DNA of 38,813 nucleotides from Lutibacter sp. (GCF_040883305.1 NZ_JBFLKT010000398.1:1-38813); one strand, 5' to 3'; numbered from the stretch's first letter, positions 8,771 to 19,183 are shown. Notes: generated by a model from the sequence alone, not told the origin. A program made the numbers and translations.

Positions 8771-9673
8771 ATGAAGTTTGTAGATTATTATAAGATACTT
8801 GGAATTGATAAAACTGCTAACGACAAAGACATTAAAAAAGCTTATAGAAAATTAGCTCGTAAATACCATCCAGACTTAAATCCTGATAACAAAGAAGCTG
8901 AAAAAAAATTCAAAGAAGTTAATGAAGCTAATGAGGTTTTAAGTAATCCTGAAAATCGTAAAAAATACGATAAATACGGCAAGGATTGGAAACACAGTGA
9001 TGCTTTTGAAAAAGCCAAACAGCAACAACAATCTCAACAACAATCTCGAAGTTATTCAGGTACAGGAGGAAGCTATTCCGAACAAGATTTTTCTGATTTT
9101 TTTGAATCTATGTTTGGAGGTTCAAGATCCTATTCTAAACAACGTAGCAGACAATTTAAAGGACAAGATTTTAATGCCGAACTGCATTTAAATATAAAAG
9201 ATGTTTACCAATCTCATAAACAAGTTTTAACCGTTAATGGCTCAAAAATTAGACTTACAATTCCTGCAGGTATTGCAGATGGGCAAACTATTAAAATAAA
9301 AGGAAAAGGAGGCAAAGGGGTAAACGGAGGTCCAAATGGTGATTTATATATTAAATTTAGTATAAAAAATACTACCCAATTTAAAAGAGATGGTAATAAC
9401 TTATATACTTCGGTAGCTTTAGATTTATATACTGCTCTTTTAGGTGGAGAAATTACTGTTGATACTTTTAAAGGCAAAGTAAAACTAAAAATTGCTCCGG
9501 GAACTGCTCAAGGAACTAAAGTGAAATTAAAAGGAAAAGGGTTTCCTGTTTATAAAAGAGAAGGCGTCTTTGGCGATTTAATTATTACCTATACTATTAA
9601 AATACCAACAAAATTAAGTAAAAAGGAAATAGAACTGTTTAAAGAATTACAAAAAATAAGACCTAATGGATAA
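8771..9673 (+). CDS. cbpA: DnaJ-class chaperone CbpA (curved DNA-binding protein)
   Basis: J-domain with HPD, G/F region ([12 protein letters not shown]), DnaJ C-terminal domain, no zinc finger; followed by a cbpM-like gene. Confidence 0.9.
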   Translation: MKFVDYYKILGIDKTANDKDIKKAYRKLARKYHPDLNPDNKEAEKKFKEVNEANEVLSNPENRKKYDKYGKDWKHSDAFEKAKQQQQSQQQSRSYSGTGGSYSEQDFSDFFESMFGGSRSYSKQRSRQFKGQDFNAELHLNIKDVYQSHKQVLTVNGSKIRLTIPAGIADGQTIKIKGKGGKGVNGGPNGDLYIKFSIKNTTQFKRDGNNLYTSVALDLYTALLGGEITVDTFKGKVKLKIAPGTAQGTKVKLKGKGFPVYKREGVFGDLIITYTIKIPTKLSKKEIELFKELQKIRPNG

Positions 9674-9965
9674 CTCAGATTTAATATTAATAGAAACAAT
9701 TTGTTTTCACTATAAAATTGAAATTTCATTTATAAAAGATCTTGAAAATATAGGACTTATAAAAGTAGTAACCTTTGAAAACAATAAATTTATTCATCAA
9801 GATAAAATAAGTGATCTTGAAAAAATGATTAGACTTCATCAAGAATTAAATGTAAATATCGAAGGAATTGACGTTGTATTTAACCTATTGCAACAACAAT
9901 TAAAGCTGAAAGAAGAAGTTAATGCCCTAAAAAACAAGTTACAGATTTATCAAAACGACTATTAA
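9666..9965 (+). CDS. cbpM: chaperone modulator CbpM
   Basis: MerR-like, [20 protein letters not shown]; overlaps the cbpA stop. Confidence 0.88.
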   Translation: MDNSDLILIETICFHYKIEISFIKDLENIGLIKVVTFENNKFIHQDKISDLEKMIRLHQELNVNIEGIDVVFNLLQQQLKLKEEVNALKNKLQIYQNDY

Positions 9966-10146
9966 CCACTTCATGTTTTATATAAAAAAAATCAAATACT
10001 AATAACTAAAAAAGAACTTAAATCTCCATTAAATTTCTTTGTTGTATTCATTTAAAAATTCTATTTTTAACATTGTGTTTTTTGTTAAAAAAAGTCTTTA
10101 ACTTTATCACATAAACTTCATTAATAATTTTTAAAAACTGAAAAAG

Positions 10147-10362
10147 ATGTTATATTTAGGAATGGTAGGACCTTGGCAAATTATTATAATAATTACTTTA
10201 CTACTTGGAATTATACCAACACTTATTGCTTTAGTCGATATTTTAAGAAATAAATTTGAAGACAACAATAAAATTGTTTGGGTATTAGTTGTGTTATTTT
10301 TCAATCTAATTGGAGCAATTTTATATTTTATAATTGGAAGAAAGCAACGGATAATGGAATAA
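10147..10362 (+). CDS. PLDc_N (phospholipase D N-terminal) domain small membrane protein
   Basis: ALVDILR..F....KIVWVLVVLFFNLIGAILYFIIGRK pattern. Confidence 0.85.
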   Translation: MLYLGMVGPWQIIIIITLLLGIIPTLIALVDILRNKFEDNNKIVWVLVVLFFNLIGAILYFIIGRKQRIME

Positions 10363-10389
10363 GGGCTACTTATTAAAACAAAATATTAA

Positions 10390-10578
10390 TTGAAATACAT
10401 AAATTTAAAAGATCAAAAAGAAATAAAACCCTTTCTTTATTCACTATTTATTTCGGTTATAGTTGGCCAAATAGTAGCGTTGGTTTGTTGGTATGCTTTT
10501 AACGAAAATTATTTTTTCGCGTTATTCTTCGCATCGATAATAGGATTATTAGCTGGTTATAGAGGTAAAAAAGAATGA
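10390..10578 (+). CDS. small hypothetical membrane protein
   Basis: 62 aa, TTG start, two hydrophobic segments; fills the gap between neighbouring genes. Confidence 0.55.
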   Translation: MKYINLKDQKEIKPFLYSLFISVIVGQIVALVCWYAFNENYFFALFFASIIGLLAGYRGKKE

Positions 10579-10585
10579 TAATTAG

Positions 10586-10593
10586 TAACTTCG
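10586..10593 (+). promoter_or_regulatory. Bacteroidota -7 promoter element for rluF
   Basis: TAACTTCG(CA), a variant of TAnnTTTG, about 20 nt before the ATG at 10613. Confidence 0.5.
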
Positions 10594-10612
10594 CACATTG
10601 AAAATTAGTTCA

Positions 10613-11443
10613 ATGGGAAACGAAAACTCAATAAATTTAAATAAATACATCAGCAGCACTGGAATTTGCTCCAGAAGAGAAGCGGAAAAACTTATTATTG
10701 ATGGTAAGGTTACTATAAATGGTAAACCCACACAATTAGGAAATCGTGTATTTGATGGTGATATTGTTAAAATTAATGGGGAGCTTTTAAAATCGAAACC
10801 AAAAACGCTTTATATTGCTTATAACAAACCAGTTGGCATTGTTTGCACAACCGATTCCAAAGAACGAAATAATATAGTACGCGCCATAAATCATACAGAA
10901 AGGCTGTTTCCAATTGGTCGTTTAGACAAACCTTCTCAAGGTTTAATTTTTTTAACAAATGATGGGGACATCGTTAATAAAATTCTCAGAGCAGGAAACA
11001 ATCATCAAAAGGAATATATTGTTTCCGTAAACCAGCCTATTACATCAGAATTTATTCAAAAAATGAGTAATGGAATTCCTATTTTAGGAACAGTCACAAA
11101 AAAATGCTTGGTTGAACAAATTTCTAAAACCAGCTTTAAAATTATTTTAACACAAGGTCTAAACAGGCAAATTCGTAGAATGTGTGAGTACCTTAATTAT
11201 GAAGTTACAAAACTAGTTCGTACCAGAATTATGAATGTGAGTTTAGACAATTTAGCTGAAGGCACTTGGCGCGAATTAACGAACGAAGAAATGCAACAAA
11301 TTAACAAAATGGTTGCAAGTTCCTCTAAAACAGAAGAAGCATCAAAAACACCTCCAAAAAAGAAAGTTCATAATTCAAAAAAAAACAAATTTACTCCTAA
11401 AAACAACACTCGTTTTAATCCAAAGAGAAAAAGAAGAAGATAA
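10613..11443 (+). CDS. rluF: 23S rRNA pseudouridine(2604) synthase RluF
   Basis: S4 domain ([17 protein letters not shown]), GRLD catalytic motif, [30 protein letters not shown] at 10613 is preferred to TTG at 10598. Confidence 0.9.
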   Translation: MGNENSINLNKYISSTGICSRREAEKLIIDGKVTINGKPTQLGNRVFDGDIVKINGELLKSKPKTLYIAYNKPVGIVCTTDSKERNNIVRAINHTERLFPIGRLDKPSQGLIFLTNDGDIVNKILRAGNNHQKEYIVSVNQPITSEFIQKMSNGIPILGTVTKKCLVEQISKTSFKIILTQGLNRQIRRMCEYLNYEVTKLVRTRIMNVSLDNLAEGTWRELTNEEMQQINKMVASSSKTEEASKTPPKKKVHNSKKNKFTPKNNTRFNPKRKRRR

Positions 11444-11520
11444 AAATTACAAATAGCTAGCCTATTTCCTATTGCTTAAAATAAAACTTTTAAACTTTTC
11501 AAACCTTTCAACTTTATAAC

Positions 11521-11528
11521 TATCTTTG
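11521..11528 (+). promoter_or_regulatory. -7 promoter element for tgt
   Basis: Perfect TATCTTTG ending 6 nt before the ATG at 11535. Confidence 0.6.
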
Positions 11529-11534
11529 CCGACT

Positions 11535-12665
11535 ATGCAATTTGAACTAAAAAGTAAAGACGCTCAAAGCAAAGCCAGAGCAGGTATTGTAACAACAGAT
11601 CACGGTACTATTGAAACTCCAATATTTATGCCTGTTGGAACTGTTGGAACCGTAAAAGGAGTCCACCAAACCGAACTAAAAGACGAGATAAATCCTGATA
11701 TTATTTTAGGAAATACCTACCATTTGTATTTACGTCCACAAATTAAAATTTTAGAACAAGCTGGAGGCTTGCATAAATTTATGAACTGGGATCGAAATAT
11801 TTTAACCGATAGTGGCGGTTACCAAGTCTATTCGTTATCTGGAAGAAGAAAAATTAAAGAAGAAGGTGTAAAATTTAAAAGTCATATAGACGGTTCTTAC
11901 CATACATTTACGCCTGAAAATGTAATGGAAATTCAACGTAGTATTGGTGCAGATATTATTATGGCTTTTGACGAATGCACGCCTTACCCTTGCGATTATA
12001 ATTATGCAAAACGTTCTATGCATATGACACATAGATGGCTAAGACGTTGTATTACGCACTTAGACAAAACACCATTTAAATACGATTATAGTCAAACATT
12101 TTTTCCAATTGTACAAGGAAGTACTTATAAAGATTTAAGAAAACAATCTGCTGAATTTATTGCTTCAGTTGGAGCAGAAGGAAACGCAATTGGAGGACTT
12201 TCAGTGGGAGAACCTGCAGAGGAAATGTACGAAATGACTGAAGTTGTAACCGCAATTTTACCAGAAGATAAACCACGTTATTTAATGGGAGTTGGAACAC
12301 CTATAAATATTTTAGAAAATATTGCATTAGGCATAGACATGTTCGATTGTGTAATGCCAACTAGAAATGCTAGAAACGGTATGCTTTTTACAGCACATGG
12401 CTCCATAAATATAAAAAATAAAAAGTGGGAAGATGATTTTTCTGCAATTGATGAAATGGGAATTACTTATGTAGACACATTGTATTCAAAAGCTTATTTA
12501 CGTCATTTATTTGCTGCAAAAGAATTATTAGGTAAGCAAATAGCTTCCATTCATAATTTAGGTTTTTATTTATGGTTGGTTCGTGAAGCTAGAAAGCATA
12601 TCTTAGCAGGAGATTTTACCGAATGGAAAAATAAAATGGTAAAACAAATGGATAAAAGATTGTAG
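11535..12665 (+). CDS. tgt: tRNA-guanine(34) transglycosylase
   Basis: TPIFMPVGT, LGNTYHL, LTDSGGYQV, KPRYLMGVG, DMFDCVMPTRNARNG. Confidence 0.97.
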   Translation: MQFELKSKDAQSKARAGIVTTDHGTIETPIFMPVGTVGTVKGVHQTELKDEINPDIILGNTYHLYLRPQIKILEQAGGLHKFMNWDRNILTDSGGYQVYSLSGRRKIKEEGVKFKSHIDGSYHTFTPENVMEIQRSIGADIIMAFDECTPYPCDYNYAKRSMHMTHRWLRRCITHLDKTPFKYDYSQTFFPIVQGSTYKDLRKQSAEFIASVGAEGNAIGGLSVGEPAEEMYEMTEVVTAILPEDKPRYLMGVGTPINILENIALGIDMFDCVMPTRNARNGMLFTAHGSINIKNKKWEDDFSAIDEMGITYVDTLYSKAYLRHLFAAKELLGKQIASIHNLGFYLWLVREARKHILAGDFTEWKNKMVKQMDKRL

Positions 12666-12705
12666 CAGTTTATTGTTAAGTATAAAAAATTACAAATAGC
12701 TGAAA

Positions 12706-13794
12706 TTGAAAATTATAGATAAATACATATTAAAAAAATTTCTATCTTCATTCGCGTTGGTCTTAGTTTTATTGTTACCAATTGCCATTGCCATTGATGT
12801 TTCTGAAAAAGTAGATAAATTTTTACGTCATGCAGATCTGTCTGCTTCAGAAATAATAAAAGATTATTATGTACATTTTATTGTAATATTTGGAAATACG
12901 TTTATGCCTTTGGCATTGTTTATTGCAGTTATATTTTTCACTTCTAAAATAGCCTCAAATACAGAAATTATTGCAATTCATTCAGCAAAAGTTTCTTTTA
13001 CTCGATTTTTAAAACCATATTTTATTGGTGCATCTTTAGTTACAATACTTGCTTTGGGAATGAATCATTTTGTTGTGCCAAATAGTAACAAAATTTTTAA
13101 TGAATTCAGTAAAAAATATCTTAAAAAGAAAACATACAACGAAAATCAGTTAAAAAACATTAATTTACAACTAGGAGAAAATGATTATATCTATTTAAAA
13201 AGCTTCATGTTAAATACCCAACAAGGTCAGAAATTTTCTTATGAAAAATTTGAAGGCACTAAATTAAAATATAAATTAATGGCTGAAAATATAAGATGGA
13301 TTGAAAAAGACACTGTTTTTAGACTTAATACTTATAAAAAAAGATTCCTTTTAGAAGGAAGAGATTCTATAGAGTACGGTATAAAATTAGATACATTATT
13401 AGATTTTATGCCAAAAGATTTAATAAATGTAGATGACCTCGCTAAAGAAATGACATCTATTAAGTTAAATGAATTTATTAAACAATCAAGAGAAAGAGGT
13501 GTTGGTAATTTAAACACTTATTTAGTAGAATTTCATAAAAGAACCAGTTTACCAATCTCAACATACATACTAACTTTTATTGCAGTTTGTTTAGCAGCAA
13601 AAAAACGAAGAGGTGGTATGGGAATTAACCTTGCCATTGGAATTACTTTAATGTTTGTGTATGTTTTTTTCTTAAAAATTGTTGAAGTTTTAGGAGCTGG
13701 AGCTGAAACAAATGCATTCATAATGGTTTGGCTTCCAAATTTATTTTTTGGAGGACTCGCTGTTTACTTATATTTAAGAAATGCCAAAAACTAA
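12706..13794 (+). CDS. LPS export ABC permease, LptF/LptG family
   Basis: KIIDKYILKKFL start, SKIASNTEIIAI, 3 TM + periplasmic domain + 3 TM, WLPN near the C-terminus. Confidence 0.92.
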   Translation: MKIIDKYILKKFLSSFALVLVLLLPIAIAIDVSEKVDKFLRHADLSASEIIKDYYVHFIVIFGNTFMPLALFIAVIFFTSKIASNTEIIAIHSAKVSFTRFLKPYFIGASLVTILALGMNHFVVPNSNKIFNEFSKKYLKKKTYNENQLKNINLQLGENDYIYLKSFMLNTQQGQKFSYEKFEGTKLKYKLMAENIRWIEKDTVFRLNTYKKRFLLEGRDSIEYGIKLDTLLDFMPKDLINVDDLAKEMTSIKLNEFIKQSRERGVGNLNTYLVEFHKRTSLPISTYILTFIAVCLAAKKRRGGMGINLAIGITLMFVYVFFLKIVEVLGAGAETNAFIMVWLPNLFFGGLAVYLYLRNAKN

Positions 13795-14659
13795 CTTAAA
13801 ACACTATCTACACCTCCACTTTATAGTATTTATTTGGGGATTTACAGCAATTTTAGGAGCATTAATTACAATAGATGCAATACCCTTAGTTTGGTATAGA
13901 ATGCTATTAGCTGTAATTGTCCTTTTTATGTATTTTTTATTTAAAAAAAAGAACCTAAAAGTACCTCCAAAAACACTTGTAAAATTTTTTATAGGTGGTG
14001 TACTTATTGCACTTCATTGGATTGCATTTTTTACTGCAATTAAAGTTTCTAATGTTTCTGTGGCTTTGGTGTCTATGAGTACAGGTGCTTTATTTACTTC
14101 ATTTATTGAACCTGTTTTCTTTAAAAGACGTATTAATTTTATCGAATTTATCTTTGGAATCATTGTAATTTCAGGTTTATATATTATTTTCAATGTTGAA
14201 AACGACTATACACTCGGAATTATATATGCACTTATTGCATCATTCTTATCTGCTTTATTTACAGTAATTAACGGGCTATTTGTAAAACAAAACGATGCAA
14301 GCACCATTTCATTCTATCAATTACTTTTTGGAGTTCTTTTTATAACAGTTTATATTTTATTTTCAACCGGATTTACCATTCAAAACTTCACTTTAACAAA
14401 CAACGATATTATCTATTTAATAATATTAAGTACCATTTGTACAGCGTATGCTTTTATAGTCTCTGTTGATATAATGAAATACTTAACTCCCTATACTGTA
14501 ATGCTTACCATAAATTTAGAACCTGTTTATGGAATTATTTTAGCGGTTTTAATTTTTGGTGAGGCAGAAAAAATGACTCCTCAGTTTTATTTAGGCGCAG
14601 CAATAATTTTTGTTACAGTAGTTGTAAATGGGCTAATAAAAAATAAAAAAAGTACCTAA
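13781..14659 (+). CDS. DMT/EamA family transporter
   Basis: About ten TM segments in two EamA repeats, IWGFTAILG and NLEPVYGI. Confidence 0.92.
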   Translation: MPKTNLKHYLHLHFIVFIWGFTAILGALITIDAIPLVWYRMLLAVIVLFMYFLFKKKNLKVPPKTLVKFFIGGVLIALHWIAFFTAIKVSNVSVALVSMSTGALFTSFIEPVFFKRRINFIEFIFGIIVISGLYIIFNVENDYTLGIIYALIASFLSALFTVINGLFVKQNDASTISFYQLLFGVLFITVYILFSTGFTIQNFTLTNNDIIYLIILSTICTAYAFIVSVDIMKYLTPYTVMLTINLEPVYGIILAVLIFGEAEKMTPQFYLGAAIIFVTVVVNGLIKNKKST

Positions 14660-14685
14660 GTGTGTACTTAAAATATAGAAGTTAT

Positions 14686-14693
14686 TATATTTG
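14686..14693 (+). promoter_or_regulatory. -7 promoter element for accA
   Basis: TATATTTG, 22 nt before the ATG at 14716. Confidence 0.6.
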
Positions 14694-14715
14694 TACAACA
14701 TCAAATTTAAAAAAC

Positions 14716-15669
14716 ATGGAATATTTAGAATTTGAATTACCAATAAAAGAATTAGAAGAACAACTTACTAAGTGCGAATTAATTGGTAAAGAAAGTGATG
14801 TAGATGTAACTGATAGTTGCAAAAACATTGAAAAAAAATTGATAAAAACTAAAAACGACATATATAAAAACCTAACCGCCTGGCAAAGAGTTCAGTTGTC
14901 AAGACATCCAAACAGACCCTATACTTTAGATCATATAAACTTTCTTACCAATGGTACTTTTATGGAGTTACACGGAGATAGAACTGTAAAAGATGATAAA
15001 GCAATGGTTGGCGGATTGGGTAAAATTGGAGATCAATCTTTTATGTTTATTGGACAACAAAAAGGTTATAATACTAAAACACGCCAATATAGAAACTTTG
15101 GAATGTCTAATCCAGAAGGATACAGAAAAGCGTTGAGGCTTATGAAAATGGCTGAAAAATTTGGAATTCCTGTTGTTACACTTTTAGACACTCCTGGTGC
15201 ATATCCTGGCTTAGAAGCTGAAGAACGTGGACAAGGTGAAGCTATTGCACGTAATATTTTTGAAATGACACGTCTAAAAACACCTATTATAACAATCGTA
15301 ATTGGTGAAGGCGCTTCAGGTGGTGCTTTAGGAATTGGGGTTGGAGACAGAGTTTATATGATGGAAAACACTTGGTATACCGTTATTTCTCCAGAGTCTT
15401 GTTCTTCTATCTTATGGAGAAGTTGGGAACATAAAGAAGAAGCTGCTGAAGCATTAAAACTTACTGCAATTGATATGAAAAAGCAAAAATTAATTGACGG
15501 TATTATTAAAGAACCTCTTGGAGGTGCACATTATGACAGAGAAAATGCATTTAAAGAAGTACAAAAAACAATCATTAGCGCATATAAAGAACTAAAAGAT
15601 TTAACGCCTAAAGATCTTGTAAAAAAGCGTATGGATAAATACGCCGAAATGGGTGAATTTAAAGGTTAG
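14716..15669 (+). CDS. accA: acetyl-CoA carboxylase carboxyltransferase subunit alpha
   Basis: [10 protein letters not shown] start, [38 protein letters not shown]. Confidence 0.97.
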   Translation: MEYLEFELPIKELEEQLTKCELIGKESDVDVTDSCKNIEKKLIKTKNDIYKNLTAWQRVQLSRHPNRPYTLDHINFLTNGTFMELHGDRTVKDDKAMVGGLGKIGDQSFMFIGQQKGYNTKTRQYRNFGMSNPEGYRKALRLMKMAEKFGIPVVTLLDTPGAYPGLEAEERGQGEAIARNIFEMTRLKTPIITIVIGEGASGGALGIGVGDRVYMMENTWYTVISPESCSSILWRSWEHKEEAAEALKLTAIDMKKQKLIDGIIKEPLGGAHYDRENAFKEVQKTIISAYKELKDLTPKDLVKKRMDKYAEMGEFKG

Positions 15670-15731
15670 CATAATTTCAATTATTGTTTCCTTAAAATTT
15701 ATTTTCCTAAAAATAAAATGTAGTATAAAAT

Positions 15732-15775
15732 ATTTGTCATTCTAAAGAAAATCTTAGAGTGACAAATTTTTTTTT
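15732..15775 (+). terminator. intrinsic terminator after accA
   Basis: ATTTGTCATTCTAA / TTAGAGTGACAAAT stem (one G-U) followed by a long T run. Confidence 0.75.
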
Positions 15776-15790
15776 CATTAAATTTATACT

Positions 15791-17329
15791 ATGTTTATAC
15801 TTAACTCACAACAAATTGCTGCTGCAGATCTGGCTACTATAAAAAATAACAATATTTCTTCAATTGATTTAATGGAGCATGCTGCAAAACAGTGTTTTAA
15901 TTGGTTACATAACCAATTAAAAAATCAGAATATTAAAATTCATGTATTTTGTGGTATTGGAAATAATGGTGGAGATGGCTTAGTAATTGCACGCTATTTA
16001 TACGAAAACGGATATAATGTAACCTGTTATATAGTAAATTTTAGTGAAAAAAGAACCAAAGAATTTCTGATAAACTACAATCGTTTAAAAGAAATTGGAA
16101 AATGGCCAACCATTATAAATAATGACAATGATTTTCCAGAAATCGCTTTTGAAGATATTGTAATTGATGCTATTTTTGGAAACGGTCTTTCAAGAAGCCC
16201 AGAAGGTTTTACTAAAGAATTAATTAACTATATTAATTCCACAAAAGCATTTACTTTAGCTATAGACTTTCCTTCTGGTCTTTTTAGCGATTCTCCTGTA
16301 ATTGAAAAAGAAGCTGTTTTAAAAACATCACATATTCTAACATTTCAAACACCTAAATTGGCATTTTTACTTCCTGAAAATAGTGATTTTTTTGAAACTT
16401 GGGAAGTATTAGATATCGGCTTGGATTCCAATTTTATGAAAAATTTAAATCCAACATTACATTATACAATTAAAAATGAAGTTTTACAATTATACAAACC
16501 CAGAAAAAAATGGTCGCATAAAGGTACATTTGGACATGCACTTATTATTGGAGGTAGTTTTGGGAAAATTGGAGCGGTTACATTAGCCGCAAAAGCTGCT
16601 TTAAAAATTGGTAGCGGATTGGTTACTGCCTATCTTCCAAAGTGTGGCTATGCTATATTACAAATAGCGATACCAGAAGTTATGGTTGAAGTTGATAATG
16701 ATACTTCCTTAGAGTATTTTAATTTTAAAACAAATGCAACCGTTATTGGAATAGGTCCTGGAATGGGAATAGTTGAAAAAACTGCGAATGGTTTTGAACG
16801 ATTTATTAAAGATAACAGCTTACCTCTAGTAATTGATGCTGATGCAATTAATTTATTGTCTCAAAATAAATCACTTTTAAACTATTTACCTAAAAATACT
16901 GTTTTAACACCGCATCCAAAGGAATTAGAACGTTTGATTGGCACTTGGGAAAATGATTTTGTAAAATTAGAAAAAGCAACAGATTTTTGTAAAAAGCATG
17001 CTCTTATAATGGTTATAAAAGGTGCTCATACTGTAATTATAGATAGCACTTCTAAACACTTTAATTCTTCAGGGAATCCTGCGTTGGCAACTGCTGGTAG
17101 CGGTGACGTTTTAACAGGAATTATTACAGGATTAATAGCACAAGGTTACCAACCAATTAACGCCGCCATTTTTGGAGTGTATTTACACGGTAAAACTGCT
17201 GATATTGCAATTTCAGAAACTGGTTACGAAACCTTTACAGCCTCTTCCATTTTAAAATATCTACCCAACGCTTTATTAGATTTGTTTAATGAAGATAATT
17301 TTAGTGAAAACAACCAAAACGAAACTTAA
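15791..17329 (+). CDS. nnr: bifunctional NAD(P)H-hydrate epimerase/dehydratase
   Basis: YjeF_N (LMEHAA, CGIGNNGGDG, DAIFG, DFPSG) fused to YjeF_C (HKGTFG, GPGMG, DADA, LTPHPKE, ATAGSGDVLTG). Confidence 0.95.
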   Translation: MFILNSQQIAAADLATIKNNNISSIDLMEHAAKQCFNWLHNQLKNQNIKIHVFCGIGNNGGDGLVIARYLYENGYNVTCYIVNFSEKRTKEFLINYNRLKEIGKWPTIINNDNDFPEIAFEDIVIDAIFGNGLSRSPEGFTKELINYINSTKAFTLAIDFPSGLFSDSPVIEKEAVLKTSHILTFQTPKLAFLLPENSDFFETWEVLDIGLDSNFMKNLNPTLHYTIKNEVLQLYKPRKKWSHKGTFGHALIIGGSFGKIGAVTLAAKAALKIGSGLVTAYLPKCGYAILQIAIPEVMVEVDNDTSLEYFNFKTNATVIGIGPGMGIVEKTANGFERFIKDNSLPLVIDADAINLLSQNKSLLNYLPKNTVLTPHPKELERLIGTWENDFVKLEKATDFCKKHALIMVIKGAHTVIIDSTSKHFNSSGNPALATAGSGDVLTGIITGLIAQGYQPINAAIFGVYLHGKTADIAISETGYETFTASSILKYLPNALLDLFNEDNFSENNQNET

Positions 17330-17360
17330 AATCAATTCCTTCTTTTTAGAAAAAATTAAT

Positions 17361-17393
17361 AAAAAGAGGCTGTCTAAAAATTTAGACAGCCTC
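17361..17393. terminator. palindromic terminator between convergent nnr and the TlpA gene
   Basis: GAGGCTGTCTAAA / TTTAGACAGCCTC inverted repeat; the A5 on the left gives a U tail for the minus-strand transcript. Confidence 0.75.
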
Positions 17394-17425
17394 GATAATT
17401 CTTTATAAATTTAATTTGTTAAAAA

Positions 17426-18796
17426 TTAAATATTATTTTCATTAAAAAGTTCAATTAATTTTTCACTTGAAGGTCTTGGTGCATTTGAATTTACAATATT
17501 ACCATTTGGATCAATTAAAATAAAACGTGGAATCCCCTTAATTAAATACCCTGTTATAAAATCTGACTTCCAGTTTTTATCAGAAAATAATTGAATTCCT
17601 TTTAAATCTTCTTCTTTCACCATAGTTTTCCATTTCTCGTAATCTTTTTCTAGATCTACAGAAATACTTACAAATTCAATATTTTTATTGTGATATTTAG
17701 CTTCCACTTCTTTTAAAGATGGTATTTCAGCTTTACAAGGTCCACACCAAGTTGCCCAAACATCAACATATACAAATTTTCCTTTTAAATCATCTAAAGA
17801 AGTGGTTCCTCCATTAAAATTTTCATAATTTTCAAATTTTGGAGAAGGCTGGCCTTTAGAAACTGTTTTTAATTTATTATAACTTTCAGTAATCTCTTTT
17901 TTATGTTCTTCATTTGTTGAGGCTTCCATAAATAAGCTATAGAAATCTTCTAATTGATCTGTATAAGTTATATTATATTTAGAATTTAAATAAACCAATT
18001 TATTTTTTATTGTTTCATTTGCAATTCCAGCTGCTATTTTCAGAAAAGCAATATCATTTTGTATTGAATCTTGCTCTGCTAATTTTCTAGCTTCTTTTTG
18101 ATAATGTGTATTTACCAAATTTTCGTAATTTGAAGAAAATACAAAGTCTTCTTCACTGTTATATTCTATCGTTTCAAGTTCTTTTAAAAAATCTTCAGAA
18201 ACTTTAAAATCTTCTTTTTTAGCATAATGTGAATGATACAATTGATACTTATCAACAAACCCTAAATAAGAATAGTAAATGTTACGTTTTTCTTTGCTTT
18301 TGAAATCTTCTGATATTCCTTCTGTTGCAGCTAATATTTCTTCAGAGGCAGTTTTAATTTCATTAATTTTAGATTTATATGCAGCTTCTTCCAATAAATA
18401 AATATCAACACCTTTGCCTGCCAATTCTTTAGATTTTTTGTTTTTACTAAGCAAATAATTACTTATTTCGGATCCAGCACCAGAAAATTCTAAGGTGTTT
18501 TCAAAATCATTTGCATCAAAATTAATGTTGATCGTATTACCTGGATTTAAATATAATGAAGTGTTATTTTTACCATCTGAAAGAATATAATACCCTGTTG
18601 CAACCGTTAAAGTATCTTTAAAAGTTCCATCATCAGCAACATTAATAGTTTTTATAAGACTTCCAGCACTGTTAAAGGATAAATCTTTTGCAGATGAATT
18701 TACTATTTTACCGGATAAGATTGCATAATCTATCTTTGGTTCTTCTTTACAAGAAATAATTGCTAAAACAGCAATAAAAAACACTATTCTTTTCAT
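17426..18796 (-). CDS. TlpA-family thiol:disulfide oxidoreductase lipoprotein
   Basis: Lipobox IISC and a C-terminal redoxin domain with DVWATWCGPCKAE and GIPRFILID. Confidence 0.92.
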   Translation of the reverse strand: MKRIVFFIAVLAIISCKEEPKIDYAILSGKIVNSSAKDLSFNSAGSLIKTINVADDGTFKDTLTVATGYYILSDGKNNTSLYLNPGNTININFDANDFENTLEFSGAGSEISNYLLSKNKKSKELAGKGVDIYLLEEAAYKSKINEIKTASEEILAATEGISEDFKSKEKRNIYYSYLGFVDKYQLYHSHYAKKEDFKVSEDFLKELETIEYNSEEDFVFSSNYENLVNTHYQKEARKLAEQDSIQNDIAFLKIAAGIANETIKNKLVYLNSKYNITYTDQLEDFYSLFMEASTNEEHKKEITESYNKLKTVSKGQPSPKFENYENFNGGTTSLDDLKGKFVYVDVWATWCGPCKAEIPSLKEVEAKYHNKNIEFVSISVDLEKDYEKWKTMVKEEDLKGIQLFSDKNWKSDFITGYLIKGIPRFILIDPNGNIVNSNAPRPSSEKLIELFNENNI

Positions 18797-18825
18797 AATT
18801 TAAGTTTAATTATTTTTTAATTTCT

Positions 18826-18833
18826 CAAAGATA
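18826..18833 (-). promoter_or_regulatory. -7 promoter element for the TlpA gene
   Basis: TATCTTTG on the minus strand about 30 nt before the ATG. Confidence 0.55.
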
Positions 18834-18946
18834 AAACTTATTATTCAATTTAAGTTCTATACATTTATTTTAATAAATAATTTATAAAATTATAGCACTT
18901 AACATACTACTAATTTTAGTAAATACTAGCTCATAATTTGAAGCAT

Positions 18947-18978
18947 AAAAAAACGCTAGGTTTCCCTAACGTTTTTTT
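18947..18978 (-). terminator. intrinsic terminator of the 37-aa ORF
   Basis: Minus-strand AACGUUAGG-GAAA-CCUAGCGUU with a GNRA loop and U run. The G-U pair works only on the minus strand. Confidence 0.8.
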
Positions 18979-19009
18979 AAACAATTTACAATAGTTTTTG
19001 TATCTATTC

Positions 19010-19123
19010 TTATATTCCGAATCTTCTTTTACTATTCCAGGTTATACTTTTAGCATTCTTAAAATCGACTGCTGTCATTCTCTTTTTACTTTCTTGATTC
19101 TTTAATTTTTTGATAATTTTCAT
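19010..19123 (-). CDS. unannotated 37-aa basic peptide MKIIKKLKNQESKKRMTAVDFKNAKSITWNSKRRFGI
   Basis: Manual translation from ATG 19123 to TAA 19010; flanked by a consensus promoter and a strand-specific terminator. Confidence 0.6.
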   Translation of the reverse strand: MKIIKKLKNQESKKRMTAVDFKNAKSITWNSKRRFGI

Positions 19124-19152
19124 ATCGATTGTTTTAGTAGTTATTTATAGTG

Positions 19153-19183
19153 CAAATATACAACAAGTAACAAATACCAACAA
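19153..19183 (-). promoter_or_regulatory. promoter of the 37-aa ORF
   Basis: TATATTTG(CA) at 19153-19160 and TTG at 19181-19183, 20 nt upstream. Confidence 0.7.

Noticed and set aside
9018-9046. CAA-rich repeat encoding QQQQSQQQS in cbpA
   Set aside because: Ordinary low-complexity linker after the J-domain, in frame.
11340-11443. Lys/Arg-rich tail of RluF
   Set aside because: Basic disordered tails are common on RNA pseudouridine synthases.
3534-13721. Short overlapping ORFs (3534, 3868, 5083, 6111, 8052, 8997, 9214, 10773, 11835, 13332, 13533)
   Set aside because: They are antisense or off-frame shadows of well-supported genes, with no recognisable motifs or expression signals.
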